Notes: generated by a model from the sequence alone, not told the origin. A stretch of DNA of 64,000 bases from the human T2T-CHM13v2.0 reference genome, Homo sapiens (GCF_009914755.1 NC_060942.1); one strand, 5' to 3'. Numbered from the stretch's first letter, positions 14,660 to 28,862 are shown. Program-made: numbers and translations.

Positions 14660-14704
14660 GTCACTGTCTGCCTTATACTTGGAGATTAGTCCTTTAAAGA
14701 AAAA

Positions 14705-15550
14705 AGCTTTATTGAGATATAATCCATATACCATTCAGTTCACCCACTTAAAGTGTACAATTCAGTGATTTTTAGTATGTTCATAGAGTTCTGCAACCAT
14801 CAAAACTGTAATTTTAGGACATTTTTATTACACATAAAAGAAACTCTGTACCCATTAACAGTCACTCCCCATTTCCCCTCAATGCCCAGAACCTCAGGCA
14901 CCCAGTATCTACCTCTGTCTTTATAGATTTGCCTGTCCTGGGTATTTTATAGAAGTACGTGGCATTTTGTGTCTGCTTCTTTCACAGCACAGTGTGCTCA
15001 AGTTTCACCTATGCTGTATGGGTGGATCAGAACCTCATTCCTTTCCATTGTAGGATATGCCACGTCTTATTGATCCATTCATCGGGTGATGGACATTGGA
15101 GTTATTTCCATATTTTGTTTATTATGAGTAATCCTGCTATGCACATTTGTATTTAAGTGTTTGTGTGGACATGGGCTCATTGCTCTACCTAGGAGTGGAA
15201 TTGTTTGGTCATATGTTAACTCTGTTAAAACATTTGTTTTCCATTGTGGCTGTCGGATTTGACAGCCCACCGTAGCGTGGGAGGGCTCTGGTTTCCCCAC
15301 ATCCTTGCCAATGGCTATTATTGCTTCTCTTATGACCGGCCTTGTGGATGGTCATGAGCCTTCCCACGTGCCATTGTGGTTTTGCTTTGATTTGCATTTC
15401 TTCGATGGCTAATCATGTTAAACATCTTTCACAGACGCTGAGAAATGTCTGTTCTAATCCTATGCCCATTTTAAAATTGGATTATTTGCCTTATTGAGTT
15501 GTAAGAGGTTTTTATATTCTGGCTACTGGACCTTTATCAGATGCATGGTG
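14705..15550 (-). mobile_element. Old L1 (L1MB-like) 3' end
   Basis: agctttattgagatataat...ttcacccacttaaagtgtacaattcagtg...ttgatttgcatttc. Confidence 0.8.
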
Positions 15551-16407
15551 TACAGTTAAAAATATTTTTAACATATTCTGTTATCTGTTACATATACTCA
15601 GTATATTCATTATAAGTTTAATATCAATGTATATTTTGTATAAGGCTTTATTTGAAAATGAAGATATACTGCTTAGAAACATAGAGCCAAGCAAAATAAG
15701 GAAAAGTTTTATTGACTGGTCCATAGGTTGATGATTGAGGAGTGGTTTTAGTGGATACTGGAAAGATTGCTGGCAGTAGTTTATATGGTACTTTGAAGGA
15801 CATGCTACGGAGGCAGAGAGCAGCAATATATGACTTTTATAAGGAACGGTGGAAGAAAGACAGAAATAGGAGGAAAATAGCTAGTTACTTGGTTCTGTGT
15901 CATCGGTCCAGAGGAGAGAGGGCCTTCTGTATGGGACTTTATTTGAAAGTAAAGCTGTATAGAAGATTTATAGACTAGTTCTTAATGCCTAATCTACCTC
16001 ATGTGCTATGGGAGTGATGAAAAGATGGATTGGAGAAAACATTTCTGGGGTAGAATCCACATGTTGCCAGTTTAAATGTAAAAGACCAAGGAGAGAGGGG
16101 ACTTGATTTGTTTTGAAGACTGTGACTTCACAGAGCCTGCTGATTTCAGTAGAGAAGGCAGTAAGATGTCCTATGTCAACTTCCATGTTCTTAAAACAAT
16201 CCCATTTCTAAAAATTGGAAACCCACACCAAATAAACTGTCTATAATTTTGTAATTTACTTTTTTTTTTTTTTAACCAAAGTCTGTTAAGCCTCAGGATA
16301 ATGTTGTAACTTATTAAACATATCTTTGTTTGGTTTTGACTGCTTCTGGTTTTAAGGTAGTGAAATAGGATTGGTTCCAGCCGTTTTTTCTGTTTCTGTG
16401 CTTGCAG

Positions 16408-16620
16408 GAGTGAAGGCGTTCAGCTGCAGTGTGTGCAATGCTTCCTTCACCACCAATGGCAGCCTCACCCGGCACATGGCCACACATATGAGCATGAAGC
16501 CTTATAAGTGTCCGTTTTGTGAGGAGGGTTTCCGAACTACAGTGCATTGTAAAAAGCACATGAAGAGACACCAAACAGTCCCCTCTGCTGTGTCAGCCAC
16601 TGGAGAGACAGAAGGAGGAG
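16408..16620 (+). CDS. ZNF236: Coding exon H (VKAFSCSVC...GETEGG), 213 nt, 2 fingers, phase 1->1
   Basis: cttgcag| acceptor, GAG|gtattt donor; ORF 16371..16664. Confidence 0.95.
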
Positions 16621-19009
16621 GTATTTTCCATTTGTTGATTCAAGGTGTATTAACCCGATGCTAATTTAGGAATAAATCCATTCACAAATCACCGTGAGTA
16701 TTTTGACGTGGCTATATATAGATTAGTTCAGTAGCACCCTGAGTTTTTAATAATTTTATTTTCTGATTATGAAAGCCATACATGCTCTTGGAAGAAAAAT
16801 TCAGAGGTGCAATGAAGAAAACATCTGCTCTTACAAATCACCACGCGCTGAATTGGCATTCACTCTCACACTGTGTTCTTCCTTTCATGCTTGGGCGCGC
16901 ATGTTGCTAGAGACTTGAATGTTTTTAACAAATATGGTATCTTGCTCTATATAGTGTAGTATGCTTAATTTTTTGTCTACTGAAGTTTATTACAGGCATA
17001 TTTAATTTATTGAACACAGGCCTACATCAGTTCAGATGACTCCGTGGAATTCCATCATATTTTATTATATAATTTTCTGTTGATGGGTTGATGGATGTGC
17101 AGCTAGTATCTGGTCTTTCACTGAAATGGTAATGGTAGCAGTTATGGACTGCTGTAACCCTTGGTAAAACCTGTGCTTGCCATTACGTTGTCTCATGTAA
17201 TAGACACAAAACACCGCATAGTTGGAGGGATTAATCTCATTTTGTACGCTAGCCAGCTAAACATTAGACACGTTAATTCGCCCAAGTCCCATACCAAGTG
17301 GGAGATCCTGAGTATTATTTTTGTGCTTATACTTTTTGTACTTATAAGACAACTTCTTTTTAGGAAGTTCCACGATGAAATTATACAGTTACGAATAGAG
17401 CACATTTTATATTTTGACACGTTGCGCCAGCACACAGATTGCAGTTTTTAAATCCGTGTGTGTTCTGACACTCTTGGAGGTCACGGCTGGTCTGAGTGTA
17501 TGTGTTGGCCTGGGCTCTTGCCTGTGCCGCGGCCATCCTGTCCTGGCACAGTTGGTGCGCAGTGTTGTCAGTGAATTTTGTGTCAGTGGCTGTGTGGAGA
17601 CAGGGGTGCTAAATGGGGACTGTCATCGGAGGTCAGACCTGCTGGTGGCCCATCATCCTCTCTCAAGGTACTGCCCCCTCTGTCTGCTTTGCCACCATCT
17701 GACCGAAAGACCACAGTGAGACCATCTGGGGTCCCCGGTGGGTTATGGCAGTCTACCTTTCTCTGCTGTTTTGAGGAATAAGTCTGTAAAACTTGCCTAA
17801 ACTCCCTCAAAGTAACAAAAACTGCGACTTAACCATTGCCAGAGCCATTGTGCACCTCATTTCTTTAGTAGATAATTCTGGAATAAAAGTTTCTGACCTG
17901 TTAAACTGAGATAGTTCAAACTCTTTAATCTGATGATACTTAGTAAAGCCTTCATTTCCATTTTTAAAATTCTGTCATGAGATTTCATAAAGTATAAAAA
18001 GAAAATGACCCTTTCCTTCAAATGAGTTAAAGGCTATAGGACATCCAGGCATTATTTCTAGAACCCCGTCATTTGGAGAGTGTTAATTTATCAGCCAAAT
18101 ACAAATAATCTCTAAGCCGCTTTACATATTCTTTCCTGTCAATTAATAAAGCTTCTAATGCTACTGAATTCTAGCATCGATTTGGGAGTTCTGTTTGGGC
18201 TTCATCTCACTGCTACATATTTATTTAGATTCACCTTGTATGCCTTGTTTTCCTTGGATCATTGTGGGGGAAACTGCAGATGAACTCTTGTCCATAGGAG
18301 AAAAGTCACGTGTTAAATTGCGTTGTTTTGCCCAAACCTAGAGACTTGGATAGGGGTTAAATTCCCTCACATTTATTGTGACGTTAGCCTGCTTGGCCTA
18401 ACACTTGCCGACTGTTTCATGCTGTCTGTCTGTCGTGCTTAATTTTGTTGTTCTCTGTCTCCAGTCTGTGCTATACTGATTGTGTTCTCAGTTCGTTAAA
18501 GAATGTTAACAGAGTTACCTCCTTATTTCCTCATGTGTGTTGGTGGGGCCGCTATCTATAAGCTGCCCTCAAATCATTCCAAGCTTTATTGGTATAATGC
18601 GGACTTTCAGTTTGCTGTATCTTTTTCTGGAATTTCTACGAGATGGACATTGAATCCACTGGCTTTATCCTCCATGACTTTCTCCCTCAACCCACACCCT
18701 CGCTGTCCTTTGCTCCCCTCTCTTTCTTCTTCCCTCCCCAATCCCCTCCCATCTCTCATCTTTTTTCCCTTTTATGTGCTAAGAAAAATTATCCAGTTTG
18801 TTTTTAAATTTACTTATTTGGTGAATTAACCACTGTCCACTTTGCAATTTAGTGTTTCTGTTGAGTTGTAAGTTTTTTTCAGTCAGTCATACAATAATGA
18901 CCTCCCTGCTCCCAGCCAAACTTTTTTTCCTTCTCTAGTATTCTTTTTTAATCAATTGGAATGCGTCCTTATTTTTCATTTAGGAATGAATACTTATGCA
19001 TATAGTTCT

Positions 19010-19736
19010 CTCTCAGTATCAGCTGAGGATTGGTTCCTGGACTCCTGAGGACACCAAAATCTGCAGATGCTGAAGTTCCTGATATCAAACAGCATAGTAT
19101 CTGCATGTAACCTACACGCATCCACTTGTATACTTTAAGCCATCTCTAGATCACTTATAATACCTAATATAAATGCTATGTAAATAGTTTGGGGTTCTTT
19201 TGAGAAACAGGGTCTCACTCTGTCACCCAGGCAGGAGTACACTGGCACAATCATAATTCACTGCAGCCTTGAACTCCTGGGATCAAGCAATCCTCCCACC
19301 TCAGGCTCCTGAGTAGCAGGGGCTACAGGCTCACCACCACGCCTGGCTGATTTAAAAAAATTTTTTTTTGTAGAGACGGGGTCTTGCTCTGTTGCCTAGG
19401 AGGTCTTGAACTTCCCTGCCAAGCCCCACCTTGGCCTCCCAATATGCTGGGATTACAGGCGCGCGCCCCCATGCCTGGTTAATTTTTAAATTTTTGGTAA
19501 AGATGGACTCTTGCTGTGTGGCCCAGGCTGGTCTCACACTCCTGGCCTGAAGCAATCTTTCCATCTCAGCTTCCCAAAGCGGTGGGATTACAGGTGTGAG
19601 CCACTGCACCTAGTTGTAAATAGCCAGTATAGTGTATCGTTTATTGAATAATAACAAGAAAAAAAGGATCTGTATTTTCTAACTGCAGTCGGTTGAATCT
19701 ATGGATGTGGAAGGCACAGATACAGAGGGCCAACCA
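19010..19736. mobile_element. MER2 (TcMar-Tigger) element interrupted by a three-arm Alu insertion
   Basis: ggattggttcc...caaaatctgcagatgctgaagttcc...catctctagat; resumes with ggttgaatctatggatgtggaa...gagggccaac. Confidence 0.8.
19196..19613 (-). mobile_element. AluJ-like element plus an extra left arm
   Basis: Three consecutive Alu arms; tgtaaatag on both flanks. Confidence 0.85.
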
Positions 19737-20039
19737 CATATATTTTTAAAGTTTTATTTTCTTCTTTATAGTAATTGTTTTTAGTTGGGGGCTGTTTGCT
19801 AATTTATTAATTTGGTCTCCCATTTTTGGGCTTCTGGTTTTAAAAAATCTGATGGTAATTCATTTTTTGCCCTTATTAATAAATGAATATCTATATTTAT
19901 GAATACCGGTAGCTTGTGTGGACACTGTCAGCCTCAAAGCTTACTCCTGAATTTTCAGGGAGGTGTAGAAGCAGGTCTTTAATCTGAGCGTCTTCCTAAT
20001 GTTGGTCATCACTCTCCTAAAGGATGCCCTTCACTTGGC

Positions 20040-20335
20040 TTTTTTTTGGTTACATAATATTTCTACATATTTATGACGCACATGTGATATTTTGTTTCAT
20101 GTATAGAATGTGGAATGATCAAATCAGAGTACTTGGGGTATTCATCACCTTAAGTATTTAGCAGTTTCTAAGTATGGGAACATTTCAAGTTCTCTCCTGT
20201 AGCTACTTTGAAATATACATTGTTGTTAACTAGTCACCCTACTCTGCTATCAAACATTAGAGCTTATTCCTTCTATCTAAGCGGATGTTTTCACCCCTTC
20301 ACCAACCTCTGTTCATCCCCCGCCCCCCACTTTCC
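20040..20335 (-). mobile_element. L1MA-like 3' end fragment
   Basis: tacatatttatg...gatcaaatcagagtacttgggg...agtcaccctactctgctatcaaac. Confidence 0.75.
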
Positions 20336-20536
20336 AGTACACTTGGCTGTTTTCTTTCCATGACCTAAGTTTCTCAATAGAGGTGGGAAAATATAGCAAC
20401 TCTCTACCATCATAAAAATAGCTTGGTTGAGTTATTAATTTTCATTACATACATACCTATTTAGTTTTAATTGTTTTGCTAAAAACCTAGGTTTTCTTCA
20501 TTACGATTTTGATCCCTTTTCCTTGATTTTGTGTAG

Positions 20537-20819
20537 ACATTTGTATGGAGGAAGAGGAAGAACATTCTGACAGAAATGCATCACGGAAGTCTCGTCCTGA
20601 GGTCATCACTTTCACGGAGGAGGAGACAGCCCAGTTAGCCAAGATCCGGCCGCAGGAGAGCGCCACGGTGTCAGAGAAGGTCCTGGTGCAGTCCGCGGCA
20701 GAAAAGGACCGCATCAGTGAGCTGAGGGACAAGCAGGCGGAGCTGCAGGACGAGCCCAAGCACGCCAACTGCTGCACATACTGCCCCAAGAGCTTCAAGA
20801 AACCTAGCGACCTGGTGAG
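20537..20819 (+). CDS. ZNF236: Coding exon I ([11 protein letters not shown]...[16 protein letters not shown]), 283 nt, phase 1->2
   Basis: ttttgtgtag| acceptor, GAG|gtgagg donor; ORF 20545..20823. Confidence 0.95.
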
Positions 20820-21019
20820 GTGAGGGCATGGCTACGCCGCGCGGGTTCCGCTCTGAAGACTGGAGGTGCAGGCAGCTGCTCCTTTGGTGATTTTCACTGC
20901 AGCAGGGCCATTAGTTTCTGAACCTGGTGTCACCTGAGTGATGGCAGCTTACTTACTTGAATGTATGGTTTTAAGCTTGAATTAGTTCTCTGTAGTAAAC
21001 TCATTCAGAATATTAATTA

Positions 21020-21327
<308 letters not shown>

Positions 21328-22499
21328 GTCTGTTTTCTCTATAGATTGCTTATGCTTATTTCTGTATGGTTGTCATAGTAGTAAACAATGAAAACAAATG
21401 TATCCATTGAGGAAGGCAGGGCTCTAAGCTTTGTGGACAGGCAGAAGAGCAGCAGGCGCCCTCCTGCCTCTGAGGCCTGCCAGTCAGTGTGAGGAGTGGG
21501 ACACAAGCGTGTGACAGGAGGGAGACTAATTGGCAATCGGCCAAACAGCAGTGGCTGATACATGAGATCGAGTTGAGCAGAACCATGAAGAATCTGGAAA
21601 CCAAGACCCATGGTAAAGAACAGAAGGGGCTCTCAGAATGTCCTTCCTTTCTGGAGAAAGGAAGACCAAAGTATCAGCGTTCTCCTGAAGAATCAGAAGT
21701 GTTTCTGTATATAACAGGGATGCTTATGTTTTGCTCTAGGAGATAGAACTAATTATTCAGCAACTTAATAAAACAAACCGTGAAGATTTTAATATTGCAG
21801 GATGTTTCAGAAAACCAAAGGGTGTGTTCCTTGTACTCTGTTCTACAGAGGACAGCAGCAGGTGCTGCAGGGAAAGGGTAGGTGGTTTCAAGGAGCTGTT
21901 GGGTTGGCAGTGCCACCCTAGTGAGCACACACCTTGACTGCTGGCCTTCATGTTTCGACCACAGCAGGAAGGGGAGGTGTGTTCAGCTAGAGAGTGACAA
22001 TGAGGGAGGTCACTGGAGAAGAGAGAGAGCCCAGGTCCCACTGGGTGGTGTGGCCACAGGACCCTTCAACAGCGAGCTCTCGTTGAGCCATGCAGTGAAG
22101 TTCCGGGGTAGGATCTAAGTTGATGGTGTGATCTGAGGTTGGGCATAAGACATAGAAAGTTAAACTAAGGAGAGGAGGAGCTAAGGGGTTGTGATGGAAA
22201 ACTTGAGATGTTTATAAGAAGGAGTCCAGTCTGGCCAGCAGTTGTGTGTGGCCTGGAGGAACTCATGAACTAACTGATAGGGTGAGATAGTTTTCCAGTA
22301 GGGGTTAGTGGTGGAGTCATAGATGAGAAAGTCAGGCCTGGCAAGGGTGTCACATGGAGGTGTTGAGACAGCAGTTTGTGACCTGCCTGTGGGTGGGGCG
22401 TGCCAGCCAATTAGCAGAGACAAAATGCTACCAAGGCGACATAAAGTGCTAAACATGTCTCCATCGACTGTACCTGAAGACCAGAAGAGTGGGATGTTC

Positions 22500-22591
22500 T
22501 TTTTTTTTTTTTTTTTTTTTTTGAGTTGGAGTCTCGCTCTGTCGCCCAGGCTGGAGTGCAGTGGCGTGGTCTCGGCTCAGTGCAAACTCCG
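22500..22591 (-). mobile_element. 5'-truncated Alu 3' fragment
   Basis: poly-T + gagtctcgctctgtcgcccaggctggagtgcagtgg; flanking ggga(t/c)gttct. Confidence 0.9.
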
Positions 22592-23282
22592 AGAACGGGA
22601 CGTTCTTATAGCTGTGTTTTCTTCTTCTTGTCCTATCCTTCATTTTAAAAAAGTTCAAGGTTCAGACTCCCAGTGAGTAAGTGTGATGAGAAACAAAAAA
22701 TGGTACTGAAGGGTGTCCTGCTCCCCAGAGATAAGCACTGTTAACAGTTTTTTGAGTATTTTTTTCGGAAATGTCTAGACATATACCAATGTTAAGTTGT
22801 ACGATTCTGGTTTTCAAATTTTTACATATCAATGAGTCATAGGTATTTTTCTTCGTCAGTATCTATAAACCTATTTTATTCTTTTTAATGGCAGTGTAGG
22901 GTTCTGTTGCATGGGGATACCAAATTAATCTTACCAGACCCCTCCCGACGAACACTGAGTTTCCACGCTTGGTGACTGGCAGGGCGCTGTGGTGACTCTT
23001 CCGTGAGCCTGTGTGCCTCTGATGGCTCAGTGAGGGTAGAGTCTGGCAAAGGCCACCAGAGGGCCGTGTGCCTCTGTCTTTCAGAGACTCCGAGTGCCTG
23101 TTTTACAGCTGCAGCCAACAGGATGGGGGAAATGATATCTCGTCGTTTTCATCTGTTCTTCTTTGATTCTAAGTGTGATTGAACAGCTTTGCATATGGTT
23201 TTTGGCTGTTTGTATTTCTTCTGTAAACTCTCTGTGCATTGCCAACTTTTCTACTCTGATATCGTTTGGGTTTTCCTGCTGA

Positions 23283-23618
<336 letters not shown>

Positions 23619-23818
23619 CTAAGGAAATTATCTCTATTATTATTTGTCCTGCAAATATTTTCGTTGTTATTTGGATTTGTTTATGGTATTTTTTGTATGG
23701 AGTGAAGCTTAAAGTTTTTCTTGGCCAAACTTAAGCAGAACGTAGTAACACCTAATTTTAATTTATATAGTTATAAATTTCAAATCATGAAGTCGTTTGT
23801 CAATATGTCTATAATTAA

Positions 23819-23977
<159 letters not shown>

Positions 23978-25950
23978 TAGCATTTCGTATGTTTTGTTCC
24001 TATATATTTTGTGTACATAAATACTTTCCAAATTATAGAACGCTTAAAAATGAGGCACCAAGAAGGAAGTGATATAAAAGATTTTTTTATTCCTGACACA
24101 GGGAAAACTGTCCAAATGACACTAAGAAAAAAAAGGATTAGGTCTCAAAAGTTGAATTTTTCTTAAAAATTGTCACGTATTCTTACTCATGCTTAAATAA
24201 CTTTGTTAAAAAGATTACCTCTTAGTCTCATTTAAGCCAAAGAGGTTTAGTTTGTTGAGGTTTTGTAAAACCTGGCACTTAGCAAATCTGATGGCAGTTA
24301 TCATTTCATAATTATTTTTATATGGGGAGAAACTCTTGCAAAGGCAGAAATGAATGTCCAAGTTTCCTGGCCTTTTTCTCATCTTCATCTTGTCTGTGCC
24401 TTTGCTTCTGGAATTCTGCACAGTGCCTCCTAGCGGTGGGGAGGCTGCCTCTGCCTCTGCCTGCTTGGGAATCCTGTAGTCCTCCTGTGAGCTCTGTGGT
24501 CCTAGACAAGGTTCTCCTCTCAGCCACAAGTTTCTTCTGCAGAAGATGGGGCTAATAGTTGTACCTCCGTCTTTGGGAGTTCAGACATTTAAATAGCTTT
24601 AAGCATTAAGACATTTAAATAGCTTGGAAAAGTGTTTGGCCTTTGGTAAACACTTAGGAATGGATTGGCCTGTGGTAAACGCACAGTGAATGCAGAGCTG
24701 TTGTTATAATGATTCATAGAATTATGATTATGAGACTAATTTACATTCTTCATTGTTGGTTATAAGCAGAATTCAACAGACAAGAACAAATGGACTTTCA
24801 CACATTTACCTGAAGCCCTGTGATTCTTTTCTGATGGGTTAATATTTGTAACTAGATAAACAGATCCCTGAGCTTGTTTATATGACTGTCCTGTGTGCAG
24901 TTTTTCTGTTGTTTCATTAGGCTCCCTGTATTTATCTCTTTTGTGTAATGCAGTGAACTTTTTGTGGATATGGAGGGCCCGGCATCACTTATCTTTGTGC
25001 CCCCAGGCCTAGGGCACGGCCTCTCATGCAGCAGGTGCCCAGTGACGTCCACGATGACTTGGTGCACGCTGCTTCATCATTTCCTTGGTTTTGGAGTTCA
25101 GCGTAGGCCACGTGGATAAGGACTAGAAATGGAAGTCTCTGGATAAATACCTTTTGGTGCCTCTTTCTCCATTCTGAAGTAGAGGTGTGATTTCTGAGGA
25201 ACCCAGGGCGGCGTTGGGATAGCAGGTTGCACTAGTCCCTCGGTGGATCCTAGTGTGCACCATCCTGTAAAAATTAGCATTTGTTCCTGGACAGTAGAGG
25301 GGAAAAGCCAGCCAGGAAGTTTTTCAGCTCCCAGAGGCTCTTGGAGGGTGGAGCCTATGCTCATGGTGCTCCGAGCCTTCGTGGCCTTTGATATACCCAG
25401 TAATCATGAAAAGAGCCTAAGGAACTAGGTACATGACACTAGGCACACAGCCCTTTGACCCTAGCATAGAACTTTCCTTTGCATATTCTCCCAGTGTGAT
25501 GCCTACCTGTGCTGGCATTGTGGTTGCCCCTGTTTGGCAGAAGAGAAGATAGAGAGATGCTGAGATGTTAAAGTACCACTTGTAAAATTAAAGAAAAGTG
25601 ACAGTAATTCAGAGCCGGGCTGTTAAGTCATACCACCCATTAGCTTCTGATAAATATAAATCAACTACTCCAATCAAGGTTCAGAATAATGCAGTGGTTT
25701 AGAAACACTGTAAACCTCAAAGGCTTGTGAAAATGCTAAATTCAAATTGTAAACAATACACTGTTAAATTTACAATACTGCAGCAATTGCCTGTGACGTC
25801 CGTAACATCTTATAGGTGAAAGGGATTCTCATTAAAGTACTTCCATCCACTGATTCAACATATTTACATCCACAGTGACAGCTGAGTGGGGTGGGGGTGA
25901 GTGTCGCGACTGCCATCGCCTCTGTTGATTCTTGGCTGGGCTTTTCACAG

Positions 25951-26316
25951 GTCAGAAGCTCTTCAGCTGTCACGTCTGCAGCAACGCCTTCTCCACGAAG
26001 GGAAGTCTGAAGGTCCACATGCGCCTGCACACGGGAGCCAAGCCCTTCAAATGCCCGCATTGCGAGCTGCGTTTCCGTACCTCGGGTAGAAGAAAGACAC
26101 ACATGCAGTTTCATTATAAACCAGACCCAAAGAAGGCCAGAAAGCCTATGACTCGAAGCTCATCGGAAGGACTGCAGCCTGTAAACCTCCTCAACTCCTC
26201 CTCTACTGACCCAAACGTGTTTATCATGAACAACTCTGTTCTAACAGGACAGTTTGATCAGAATCTGCTGCAACCAGGACTGGTGGGCCAAGCTATTCTC
26301 CCTGCCTCTGTGTCAG
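25951..26316 (+). CDS. ZNF236: Coding exon K (QKLFSCHVC...ILPASVS), 366 nt, 2 fingers, phase 1->1
   Basis: ttttcacag| acceptor, CAG|gtaaac donor; ORF 25932..26327. Confidence 0.96.
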
Positions 26317-26929
26317 GTAAACGCTGAGCCGAGGGAATGAGAGCAGCACAGTGATTGAACTGTTCTGTGCTGCTTCTGTCTGTTCCCACGACAGAAGAGA
26401 TGTTGTTTACCGTAGCACCACGTTTCCCTTCTTTGAGCCTTTTCCTTATAAGGCATTCGGAAAAATTGGAATTCCGTCTTGCAGACATTGCTCCTTTCCA
26501 TTTCGCATTCTGTCTTCCATGCCAGCTGCTTTTTTACACTAAGCACTTTGTTTAGCTTTTGTTTTTAGTGGGTGTAAACCTGTTTTTACTCAGTTGGCAT
26601 TCTCATAAATTTAGTAGTGAGAAGTGTAATTTATAAATACTCAATAGCATTGTTTTTGATATAGTGCAGTTTTCCAGTTGTTCTTGCGTCTCATAGTGCT
26701 TGAGAAGTGTTACATTTTAGCTAGTTGTGTTGATTTGTGTGCCTGTGAGTAAATGCAGCCGTTGTACATGGCAGTCAGATGTCCTGTGTGCCCTTCTTTC
26801 TGTTTCTGTGACTCGTGGCAGGATTGCAGCCTGACCACCACTCAGTAGTAGTGGTTGTTTTGAACCTTTGGCTAATCAGTAGAATCTTTTTGAGCTACTT
26901 TTCTGATACGTTTAAAGTGGGCAATATGA

Positions 26930-28240
26930 GTATCCATTTCACAGAGTTCTGGGGTGATTAGACAGTGTGTGTGTATGGTATAAAGTGTATCTGTTTCACA
27001 GAGTTGCTCTGCGGTGATTAGACTGTATGTGGATATAGTAAAAAGTAGGTTTCTGAGGTGATGAGACAGTGTATGTGTATATGGTATAAATGAGATTTCG
27101 CGGGTGATTAGACAGTGTATGCGTATGGCATAAAGGAGTATCTGTTTTACAGAGTTGTTCTGGGGTGATTAGACAGTGTATTTGTGTATGGTATAAAGTA
27201 GGTTTCTGGGGTGATTAGACATTGTGTGTATATATGGTATAATGGGTGATTAGACAGTATATGTGCGTATATGGTAGAAAGTAGGTTTCTGGGGTAATTA
27301 GACTGTGTGTGTATATATGGTATAAAGGGTGATTAGACAGTGTGTATGATTAGACAGTGTGTGTATATATGGTATAAAGGGTGATTAGACAGTGTGTGTA
27401 TATATGGTATAAAGGGTGATTAGACTGTGTGTGTATATATGGTATAAAGAGTGATTAGACTGTGTGTATGGTATAAAGGGTGATTAGACCATGTGTGTGT
27501 ATGGTATAAAGGGTGATTAGACAGTGTGTGTGTGTATGGTATAAAGGGTGATTAGACAGTGTGTGTGTATATAGTATAAAGGGTGATTACACAGTGTGTG
27601 TGTGTGTGTATGGTATAAAGGGTGATTAGACAGTGTATATGTGTGTGTGTATGGTATAAAGGGTGATTAGACTGTGTGTATGGTATAAACGGTGATTAGA
27701 CTGTGTGTATGATATAAAGGGTGATTAGACAGTGTGTGTATATGGTATAAAGGGTGATTAGACAGTGTGTGTGTGTATGGTATAAAGGGTGATTAGGGCC
27801 GGGTGTGGTGGCTCATGCCTGTAATCCCAGCACTTTGGGAGGCCGAGATCGACGGATCACGAGGTCAGGAGATCGAGATCATCCTGGCTAACATGGTGAA
27901 ACCCCGTCTCTACTAAAAATACAAAAAAAAATTACCCAGGTGTGGTGGCTGGCGCCTGTAGTCCCAGCTACTCAGGAGGGTGAGGGAGGAGAATGGTGTG
28001 AACCTGGGAGGCGGAGCTTGCAGTGAGCTGAGATGGCACCACTGCACTCTAGTCTGGGCGACTGAGCGAGAGACTGTCTCAAAAAAAAAAAAAGGGTGAT
28101 TAGACAGTGTGTGTGTATGGTATAAAGGGTGATTAGACAGTATGTGTGTGTATGGTATAAATAAAGGGTGATTAGACAGTGTGTGTATATGGTATAAAGG
28201 GTGATTAAACAGCATATATGTGTATATGGTATAAAGTAGG
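26930..28240. repeat. Minisatellite, unit ~30-36 bp GGGTGATTAGACA(GT)nAT(AT)GGTATAAA, interrupted by an Alu
   Basis: >20 visible copies of gtgattagac...ggtataaa. Confidence 0.95.
27797..28093 (+). mobile_element. AluY-like element inside the minisatellite
   Basis: ggatcacgaggtcaggagatcgaga, gcggagcttgcagtg; TSD aaagggtgattag. Confidence 0.93.
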
Positions 28241-28381
28241 TGTTCGTATTCCACAACAACATTGTATTGACATAATGTGTACAACTTATGTATTTAAAAA
28301 TCCCTATGTAAAAAATGAATTACTTTAGTTTTAAGAAGCATTCATAATATTTGATCATTCTCTTTCTCTTTCTCTGGCCAG

Positions 28382-28527
28382 CTGGGGGTGACCTGACCGT
28401 GTCTCTGACAGATGGGAGCCTGGCTACCCTAGAAGGCATCCAGTTACAGTTGGCTGCTAACTTGGTTGGACCAAATGTACAGATTTCTGGAATCGATGCT
28501 GCCAGCATTAATAACATTACGTTGCAG
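28382..28527 (+). CDS. ZNF236: Coding exon L ([12 protein letters not shown]...NNITLQ), 146 nt, phase 1->0
   Basis: pyrimidine tract + ccag| acceptor, CAG|gtatga donor; ORF 28351..28533. Confidence 0.93.
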
Positions 28528-28621
28528 GTATGACACCTTCCATGGTCTCCTGTGCTGTAATTCTCTTGGCATCACAGAGAAGCATGAAGTTTTCATTACA
28601 AGTACCTGTGCTGCTTTTCAG

Positions 28622-28862
28622 ATTGATCCAAGCATTCTGCAGCAGACGCTACAGCAGGGCAACCTATTGGCTCAGCAGCTCACGGGGGAGCCTGGCCTGG
28701 CCCCACAGAACAGCTCTCTCCAGACATCGGACAGCACGGTCCCTGCCAGTGTTGTCATCCAGCCCATCTCAGGCCTGTCCTTACAGCCCACAGTGACCTC
28801 TGCGAACCTGACCATAGGCCCGCTGTCTGAGCAGGATTCAGTGCTGACCACTAACAGCAGTG
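28622..28862 (+). CDS. ZNF236: Coding exon M ([12 protein letters not shown]...LTTNSS), 241 nt, phase 0->1
   Basis: ttttcag| acceptor after a 94-nt intron, GTG|gtaaga donor; ORF 28466..28921. Confidence 0.93.
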
